A stretch of 57,389 bases of DNA, filler included, from Sphacelaria rigidula (taxonomy: Eukaryota): NCBI GenBank assembly GCA_964200075.2. It is 6 parts of 6 records of this genome, joined end to end, with 100 filler letters (N's around TTAATTAATTAA, not from the genome) between each part and the next. Parts side by side here need not be neighbours in the genome. Positions count along the whole stretch, not along the records: positions 47,909 to 57,389 come from CAXNAA020008392.1; 5 more parts are not named here. One strand, written 5' to 3'. How positions within the stretch are numbered: position 1 is the first letter of the stretch; each line of letters starts with the position of its first letter. Below are positions 48,584 to 57,389 of this stretch, in pieces. The position numbers were made by a program, and so were the translations under genes. Under the pieces are notes generated by a model. It saw only the letters and a program-made list of their open reading frames with translations, had not been told where the DNA came from and did not search any database.

Positions 48584-50508
48584 TTGCTAACGTTCTCCTC
48601 AAAACCGTAGCCAACAGGCTCGGTGATTTTTGTCAGGAAACAGATGTCTTACCGAAAGAGCAGTGTGAATTTAGGCGCAAAAGATCGACCATAGACATAA
48701 TGTTCGTAGTACGCCGACTCCAGGAGTTGGGACGGGCGAGCAACATCCCAATAAGCATGTGCTTTATCGATCCGCAGAAAGCCTACGATTCTATAGACCG
48801 CACGCTCTTGTGGGAAGTGCTTGCTCGGTTCGGAGTCCCGTCGCGAATGATAACGATTATCCCTATGTTTCACGACGGCATGCGAGCTCGAGTACAGCTA
48901 GATAGTGGCGCATTATCAGCGTGGTTCGACGTCTGCCAGGGACTCAGACAAGGTTGCGTTTCGTCTCCGCCGCTGTTCAACATCGTCGGAGCAGGCTTGA
49001 TGGAAGTGATCGTCCAGCGGTTTGTGGCGGACCCAGTTATCGTCTCAGACTTGGTCTTTCTAGATGATGCGCCGCAGGGTGTCGGTGGTGAACCCGTAGA
49101 AGAGACACCGCTGGAAAAGGTGCGACGCGCGGTGTGGGTAATAGTTCATGCGGACGACGCAGGCATAGCCTCGAAGACCTCGGAAAGCCTTGCTCGAGTG
49201 ATGGCCTTGACAGTGATGACTGCCAGGAATTTGGCCTGATGGTCTCCGAGAGTCCATGCGCCTTTGGTCAGTACCCAGTCCCACGGAGGCCACCATGGGT
49301 ATCAAAGCTGCCGGTCAACGGTATAAGCAGACGGGGAAGTTCATCTACCTTGGTGGAGCTATCAGCGCGAATGCGCAAATGTCCATCGAAATCAACCGCC
49401 GTATCAGCGCGGCGTGGGCGCATATCCGAAAATAATTGATCCCAACTCTACGACCGACCTGACGCCGAGCTATCCTTGAAAGTTCGACTGCTTACAGCAG
49501 AGGTGGTGGAAGCTCTGTTGTATGGGTGTGCCACATGGATGCTACGTTCTGAGGACTTCGACAGTCTACGCACTGCCCATCACAAGCTGTTACTGCGAGT
49601 GGTTGGATTCCGCAGGAAAGGTCGAAATGGCTACAAGATGTTTTTGTACAGAGCGGTGCTCGAGATGACCAACTGCGAACGTATCGAGACGACTATCCGC
49701 AAACGTCAACTCTGGTTCGCGGGAGCCCTTGTCCGGCAGAAGGACACACGCCTTCCCAAGCGTGTCATGAACGGTCGGCTTTCTACACGAGGACTCAAGC
49801 AGGTCGGCCGCCCCCCAAGCAATGGGAGGTTACCCTAAAGGAGAACCTACGTGCGCTAGGGGCTGTCCCGCACAAAGGAGCTCGACGAACGTGGTTCGTC
49901 TACGGTGTAAAGGTTACCGATGCATACGATTGGGTCACTACGGCGAAGGACCTGGGCAAATGGCATATTCGAGTCGAAAAGGGGGCGGAGAGTTTGAGGA
50001 CACGTGGCAACGCGCGGACAAGCGAGAATCAGACCGCCGTCACAAGCGAGAGGCTGCTGCGTCGAGGGCTGCCAATCGGAAAATCCTGTCCGCTCATATC
50101 GATTGTTGATTACGTCCTTAGTCGGTGGCTCTGCGGTACCCACTGTTGTGTGTCTGTATCTACTCTGCTGCTCTGAATCCCTTGCGCCTTTTCCTTCTTC
50201 GTGTTTTTCCCATCGTTTCATTGTATTTTATTTTATTTGCTTTGTACGTTTTTTTTCTTTTTCTTTTTTCTTGTTTTTTGGTCGGCCATTTCTTTCTGTG
50301 CTTTGCTTGTGTTGATTTTTTTGTTACTTTTTTGTTACGACTTATTTTGCTATGTCGTTCTGTTCGACCCCTCGTTTTTTTCATGTTCCCTTTTTTTTTT
50401 TCAGAGCGTGTTTCAGTTTCGGTTTTCTTGGGTACGTCTATCATGAGACCACGGCTGGATTCCTGAGGGGTCAGTTAAAGTGCGACAATCAATCAACCAA
50501 CCAATCAA
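48584..50508 (+). mobile_element. 5'-truncated RTE-clade LINE inserted in the Gypsy integrase
   Basis: RT motifs FIDPQKAYDSIDR, QGLRQGCVSSPPLFNI and HADD; C-terminal RKRQLWFAG...RLPKRVMNG; (CAAT/CAAC)n tail; TSD ACACC at 48579-48583 and 50509-50513. Confidence 0.95.
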
Positions 50509-51840
50509 ACACCCCATTATGGAATGCGTATGTCCACAAGGACGTTTGCGGGGCCTGCCGTACTGTGATTGGTTTCCGAAACAGCATGCATCACCGCGTG
50601 TCTACTAAACCGATCCGTAAACAAAATGTACTTGTTGTCACTATCACAGAGAGGCAACAGATTTAAATGTAATCCCATGATACTAAAGGCCCGTTGGGAA
50701 GTGGCATAGAAATAACTGGCCATCGAGCCGTTTGGCGCGACGTTTTGCGCGCTTGACACAGAAGACAACACCTAATCCACCAACGTACACACTGATCCAA
50801 ACAAATCCGTCAATTGAAACGCCCAAGCATCTGGAAGGTTCCAGCAACTCCCAGATGTGTCGATTCTTGCTAATGGCATTCATGAAATCCCATGGACGAG
50901 AAGCATCGGGACATAGATTCGCGTGTGGGAACATTACCTAACAAACAGGCATGTTTACTGGTAAGTTTCCCCACACGAAGGGGCGCTGTGGGCAGGCGAA
51001 CTAATAGAATAACGCCATCATCATCCGTATAAAGCATACCTTTTCACGATAGTTCAGTAACTTCATCTTGTGTGAAGACTTTGTACTTCCCAACGGGCAA
51101 GAGGAATTCAATTTATGAAAAAGCAGACGAGCAGCCTTAGGATAGATATGCATAGCCGCTCTACAAGTATGTTCAGCTTGTTGTTCCCTGGCCCAATCGG
51201 CGTTGGAGAAAAGGGTCAAACGTTCCTCAAATACACTATCCGACGGTTTGTCCAAAATGAAGGGATTCGTGTCACGGCTGTGTTAACTCGGATCAAGGAT
51301 ATTCAGATCATGGGCGGGGGGGGGGGGCAATTAGTACATCTTCAAGCAGAACGTCGTCCTTGACTCTCACGTCGACCAGCGTGTTGAATGATGTGGCGTC
51401 GGTGGGGACACCATCACCGTAAAGAGGAGGCAAAGCCGAGGCTTCGGCTATATAGGAGGTAGGGATGCAATGGATGGGGTCGATTCTCTGGGGGCCTTGC
51501 GTCGCGGTGGGTGAGGGGGCGCAAGGGAAGTATCGGGCACCAGGATGGGGGTCGGGACGGGAAGGTCCGGGTCAGAGGTCGCCAGGGTGCCGGCCGTCTC
51601 GACGACCCGTCGTGTCTGGGTCCTACTCGAGATGAGCTCTCGAACTTGAACCGGGAGGACGAACTCAGTATAAGACGGCTCTACATCTACAGCACAAAGC
51701 ATTCGGTGACCAGCTGCACGGAATTGACCATACCTACTAGGGTTTGTACTAGCTCCATTCTGAACTGAACACAACGATCGTGGTGGCATAATGCCTGGTA
51801 CAGGAGCGTGAGCTGTAGTCGGCAGCCCATCAATGCCAAG

Positions 51841-52092
51841 TGAGTCATGCTACTATGGGGGGGGGCATACTTTGGGCCGATTTCTTCCACGAAAATGTAC
51901 TTGAAATCGCCATTGATAGCAACAACGGTAGTTCGAACGCGCTTGCTTCCGATTTGTGACGCTTGTTCATACTTTTTAACATTGCCTTTACCCAAATACA
52001 AGCGCACCACGAGTGTCTTGGGTAGTCTGACGCACCTATGAGCCCATTTTTTCGTGGAATCGAACACGCCCCCCCCTATCGTAGCATGACCC
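51841..52092. mobile_element. Complete MITE (Tourist/PIF-Harbinger-like) inside Gypsy pol
   Basis: TIRs GAGTCATGCTACTATGGGGGGG / CCCCCCCTATCGTAGCATGACCC; 3-bp TSD AAG (51838-51840, 52093-52095). Confidence 0.88.
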
Positions 52093-55000
52093 AAGCGCCG
52101 AGTTGTGGTTCAGTGAGAGTGGTGTATAGATTCCGCTATGACCGTTTCTGCTAATGAAATATACAATGTCTTCGGTGGGAAACATGATGCCTCTTGAGGC
52201 GGAGCCGTCGATGGGTTGGGCCGGTATGGGCAAGCGAGACAGAAAATCAGCGTTTGCGTTCTGAGATCCTGTCCGATACTTCTGTGTGAAGTTGTAAGAA
52301 GGTAAAATTTCAAATCAGCGTTGAACCTGCGCGTTATGTTCCGCCCTTTTGGCAAGGTTTTTCAAAGACTTATGATCTGTATAAATCACAAACGGAATGT
52401 CATGCAAATACTGACGGGGACGTCGCACACCCCAAATAATCGCGCCGGCCTCTTACTCTATGACCGACCAGTTTTGTGTGTTTGAGTCGGTGGTTCGACT
52501 CGAGAATACAATGAGGCGAAGATTAGTATCTGGTTATTCCTGTTCGAACGTGCAGCCAAACCCAGCTTTGGAGGAATCCGTATGAAGTTGGAACAGGACG
52601 TGAACCATTTTCAGCAGTCGACCAGTCTGGAAAAACCAAGATTGGTGGTCGCGAAATTGTGTTGAGTAGTTGACGTACTGTTTTCTCCATTTCCGACGTA
52701 AATGCGAATTTTACTCCTCTCTTGAGAAAGGATGTGAGGGGTTGGGCTAGGTTCGGCAAATACTGTCGGTGGTAGCTCAAACCGCCGAGCAAGGAGCGCA
52801 GTTGAGACGTATCCCGTGATATGGGCATATCTGTAAGCGCGGCAACCTTGTCAAGGTTTGGGCTACGAGCTTCAGGAGTGATACACTGGCCTAGGAGTTC
52901 GATTCTAGTCGCTCCAACGCGGGATTTGGACGGGGCGAGTTTCAAGTCGTGTTGTCCGAAGCGAGAGAAAGAAGACGCCAAGTGCTCGACGTGTTCGGAA
53001 GGGGTGCTTCCATCTATTACCGCGTCGTCGAGGTACATATGGCACTTGGACAATCCATCAGTCACACGAAACCTCACAGGTTGAAACGCACCGGGGGCGC
53101 CGGCGGCACCTTCTGGTGTTACCAACGATTCGTACAGGCCTGACGGTGTACAAAACGCCGTCAGTTCTATAGATTATGGGTCCATCACAAGTTGGTGGTA
53201 GCCGGACTGCATGTCAAAGATCGAAAATACTTTACCCCCGCCGAGAGAATCGATTATTTCATCTATCCGAGGAAGAGGTAGACGTGCGATTTTGGTGACT
53301 GCGTTCAATCGTCGGTAAATGACTGTCAGTCTGATCTTACCGTTCTGCTTCCGGGCGACAACAAGCGGCGAGGCCCACGGGGATGTGGAGTGCCGTATCA
53401 AAGCGGTGGATAAATATCCGTCGAGGATGACCTAGATTTCATCCGCTGAGAGGGGGGTTTGTACGGTACGGACGCGTAGCGATAGGTGGCGTGCCATCAT
53501 ATATTTTGATCTTGAACGGTGTAGTGGTTCAGCGGCCTAAATCTAGGGTCGACTCGGAGAACCGTTCAAAATGTCTTATCAAAATGGAGTGCAGCCTATC
53601 GATCACCTTAGGTGTCCAATGGTCACCAGATAGATCGAGAGCAATGTGTCGCAAATGCAGGGGGATATCGACCCATGAACATTGAAAACTAGAACGTTGC
53701 TCTGGCGATAATCTATCTGGTAATGCAGTTGGGGGGTTTGGGTCAAGTACGTTGGACGCTTCGTCAGCTACCATAGGGAAAGTCTTGTCTAACAGCGGAG
53801 AGTCCGTGTTGATCGAGGTGTCTGGTGACGACTTCGGTCCGGTCGGCAGACACACGTTTGACAAGGCTGCCCATAGGAGGGGTGCCTGAGCAAAACCCAA
53901 CAACTAGCCGAGAACTATATCGAAAAATGCAGAGGACTCCGGAGGGATGGATTGTCTACCTTCGTGAACGAATACTCCGGTCTGGTCAAAGGCGCCAACA
54001 TCATTAGCCGACTGATCGCGGTTGATGAGTTCGACCAGGTATTGTCCCGTGAGGGCAGAGGATACGTTCTGTCTCACGAGGTTCACATGTATGAGTTGGG
54101 TTTCAGGGGACAAGCAGTTGGGTTTTTGCCGACATGGTGCAGTCGGAAAACATCACCTGCTTGTGTTGGATCATCGACATAGTAGGCATGAGCCCCCGAA
54201 GCAGTGTCGTGATATCCCAACTTCAATCTGCTAGTCATGGGATGGTTTAAAACAGGTGTTTCCGACGTGAATGTATTTAGTAGAAAACCATAGCCAACTA
54301 TCACGCCCTAACAAAACACCAACCGACATGGAATCATCGGGCACTATGAGCGCCCACACGGGTAATCAAGCAGTCGGATCCGTGTCATCGAAAAATTGTA
54401 CACGAGATCTCGCTGATTGATCAAGCGTGAGGGAAGTGGAGGGACCAAACCCGCCAAAAACACGATGGGAACTGCAGAAACGCAGCGTATGTCCGCAGCC
54501 CCCGCGTTGATCATTTGATGCCAGCAGCTGGCTGTGATGAACGTTTGAGGCAAGCCTGAAAAGGGCAATGCAAGAGCCATGAAAGGACATGCTGCATGCA
54601 TTCCACTATGTACACCAGTTTTCGTTGCAAAGAAGGTATCATCCATGATTGCAGTTCCGCTGACTAGATCCGGTCCAAATTCTGGCAAGAAATCTGTTGA
54701 CAAACCGTGCTTGTGATTGTGAGCAACTGCATTGAAATACACACGCTGATAATCCCTCGGAACAAGATTTTTGTCTGAAGGTGGGTCAGGGCACGGAGTG
54801 TCTTTATACAGTTGTTGGGGGATTTGTCGAGTGTTTGATTTCGTATACTGTAAGGGATGGGCGATGCCTGGGAAGGGCGGTTGTCGTGACTGGACGCGAC
54901 AACTACTGCATTTGGTTTGAGATACCTCGGTCAGCCGCAAAAAGTCGCGAAGCGTCAGTTTGCAAAGCTGGCGAGGTTACAGCATCTAGTACGGGCAAAC

Positions 55001-57389
55001 GAGGCGACATTTGGGCAAAGGGCGGAGACGATTTGGCTACACTAGTCAATTCGCTACCCGTGTTAGTTGTGGTCAACATTGTAACAATAGGGGACGAGCG
55101 GCCAGGCGTGGGCGGTTTGTCGGTCTCTACGCCATGTTTTCCCTGTGATGAAGAGTTAGACGAAAGGCTCCCATGACAAGGAGGTAAACGCCCAATTGGC
55201 AACGAGGTATCTGACCCAAAAGATTACAACGATATTTTAGTGGCGGGCTCTAACATAGTGTGTGAGGGGTCGGCAGGGAGCAATGTTGATGTGTTCGAAA
55301 CCTTGGAAACATTGGCCTGGTCGACTGTACCGCCTTCGTCTAATGAAACCCACACCCGTTCGCGATCGTGATGGGTAGGTGCAACTGTGTCATCAGGGAT
55401 ATTTACAGGGTCATCCGGAGGAGCCCGCCGAGGGTGACGCGTATAGCGCACCAAAGGTTCGTCTGCTCTGGGGGCTATTGGGAATTGATCAAGGACAGTA
55501 CGCCCTCGGTCACGCTCATGGCGCTCCACCGGCGCTGTTACTTGGGGTTCCTTCCCAACCCGCTGAGTGACGGAAAGCCAGGGCTCATTACGGTTGCGCT
55601 CCGCTCCGTGCACGAAAAACTACGCTCACCAAATAAAGGAGGAACCGGGCACCGACGCAATTTCGTTCGTGGGTGTAACGGGGATCGGCTTTCCACCGAA
55701 GCCTATTTGGAGGGCTGGGTGGTGGCCTTAATTTCAGTACGCTACGATGAACGGTCGCAGGGGTAACAGCTACTGCGCCAAGAGGTGTTCCTGCTTCGGG
55801 GGCGGGAGGTATTACACTACATGACTGCCGATCCCACGAGGAGGAATGATCCAACTGGCTATGATTAATACCACTTGGAGGTAAAACTGGGTGCACAGAG
55901 CTCCAAAATTAAAGCACTGGGCTTGGTCATTGCTCAATTGGGAGTCATGCAAAGGTGCACGGGGTTCTGCTGCCATGAAACACATCATGACAGTCTGATC
56001 GAGCCCAGAGTACGCGCACCACGAACCTGAACCTGTACTGGCCGACATTGATTCGGTGTACCTTGTGATGTGTGTTTACTGGCCGAGCGAAAGAAAGGAG
56101 GAGGGGCGCTTGCACGGCGTTGTGCCGTTAATCGTTGGTTCCCTAATGTGGGCCTGTGGCAGACAATGGGGAATGAAGGCGAAGTATAATCAGAACGTTG
56201 AGAGGGCGACAGCTCAGTTACGGGGGCAGTCGCACACTTGGAGTTACCCCACTGTATGCTATTCGGAAACGGTTGTACATTTCCCAAACACCGTCAGGTG
56301 GTACGTTTACAGTGGAGGAACGGTTCTCTTCCTCGCGAGACTCAGCCGGTGCGGCAGTTCCCGTTGTACACGGGCGATGATTACCTTGTGACTGATTCTG
56401 CGTGTGCGGATGAAAAGCGCCAAGAGGAGGGCGGGGGCAGGCTCGTGCTGCCAGCGTCAGCCGGCTGAGTCTGGAAGTACGTGGCTGATGGTACTGGTTA
56501 TCGGGCGTGTGGAGGTCATTACCGAAGTGGATTTCCGCGCCGTGGACGTTGGTGTGAACCGCGGGCGTCGCCAGATTGAGGACGACGTTAAGAACCCATA
56601 CACATTTGCCAGGTTTGCCAGCGTTGTGAGTATTTGGTTGAAAAAAATGATTTGAGGATACCGAACGCATTTATGGAAAGGCTCTCACAGGTGCGCATCA
56701 AATAATGGGTACGCAATCGGTCGCGGACTCCCCAGTATGTCCATGAAACCAAATGCCACAACATTGACATGTATCCTTACAGGGGTGGATCAAGTCAGTT
56801 TGAATGAGGGGATCGACGTAGCGGTTGCACATCGATGTTTTCTAAAAGGTTCGTGGACGTACTGTGCTGATTTGAAGTGCTTACCGCCACATTTCTGGTG
56901 TGAAAAGCAGAGTAGGGGATCGACTGGTACCGTTGCTGGAAACATGACCTAACCGACTGACTTACTCCACATATGATATATTTCGGCCACCGAGATGGAC
57001 AGTGGAATGCATCCGTGCTGCTGAAAATCGAATCATCACGAAGGGCAAAAAATGAAAAACCGACATGAGAGATACTGTAGTGTACGTAGGTTTTCGTGTC
57101 AGGGGCTGACTGCAGACGATGACTTTATTCACAATGCAGCATTAGCGCAAAGCGCACATCCCCCCTCTGTTACCTTGCGAATAAGGTGTTGGCAAGGTGA
57201 ATGTAGAAGATAAATAAAGAAGGAAAGTCAGAAGAAAAAGTACAATAATGAACAGTTTCGGTTGTATGATACAACACAATCACGAGAATAAGAATCTCCT
57301 GGCATAATGTGGCTGTACTCATGCAGTATTAACAACAAATTGTGCGAATTGAGGTTTAACTCCGAGATGAGGTTGAAGCCTAAAACAGT

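Larger units (their letters stand above)
48011..56850 (-). mobile_element. Decayed Ty3/Gypsy LTR retrotransposon (gag-PR-RT-RH-INT)
   Basis: Protease relic ..SGLPQTFI (~54550); RT SPWASPLVVARKQNGKIRLTVIYRRLN, DMQSGYHQ and YLDD (53401-52523); RNase H IYTDHKSL (~52380); integrase TDRFSR, WGVPERLLSNNG and NGGTERVNHT. Many stops and frameshifts; the gag boundary is approximate. Confidence 0.92.

Noticed and set aside
50125..50466. Phe-rich and Lys-rich ORFs
   Set aside because: T-rich low-complexity 3' UTR of the LINE.

Overview
Eukaryotic, repeat-rich DNA, most probably from a brown alga (inference from an EsV-1-7 repeat gene, GT-AG multi-exon genes, an AFVSP plastid-transit motif and the retroelements). 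The window is not one locus. It is six unlinked contigs of 9482, 9482, 9482, 9481, 9481 and 9481 bp, joined by 100-bp spacers (44 N + TTAATTAATTAA + 44 N), so nothing can be inferred across the spacers. Host genes: an intronless EsV-1-7 zinc-repeat protein (5538-7070, -); a spliced, probably plastid-targeted coiled-coil protein (10650-13666, -); a complete 3-exon small membrane protein (25081-26867, -); the last exon of an RraA/HMG-aldolase-family gene (30549-30673, +); and the first two exons of a signal-peptide protein (41651-45346, +). The rest is mostly mobile DNA: decayed Gypsy elements (one split by an RTE LINE and a MITE), LTR-like segments, tRNA-derived SINEs, and several MITE/foldback families. 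The most unusual item is a tRNA-like head ending in CCA, fused to a 143-bp-arm hairpin whose mismatches favour G:U pairs on the head's strand (36020-36385). No CRISPR array, rRNA or true tRNA gene was found. All alignments and counts were done by eye.
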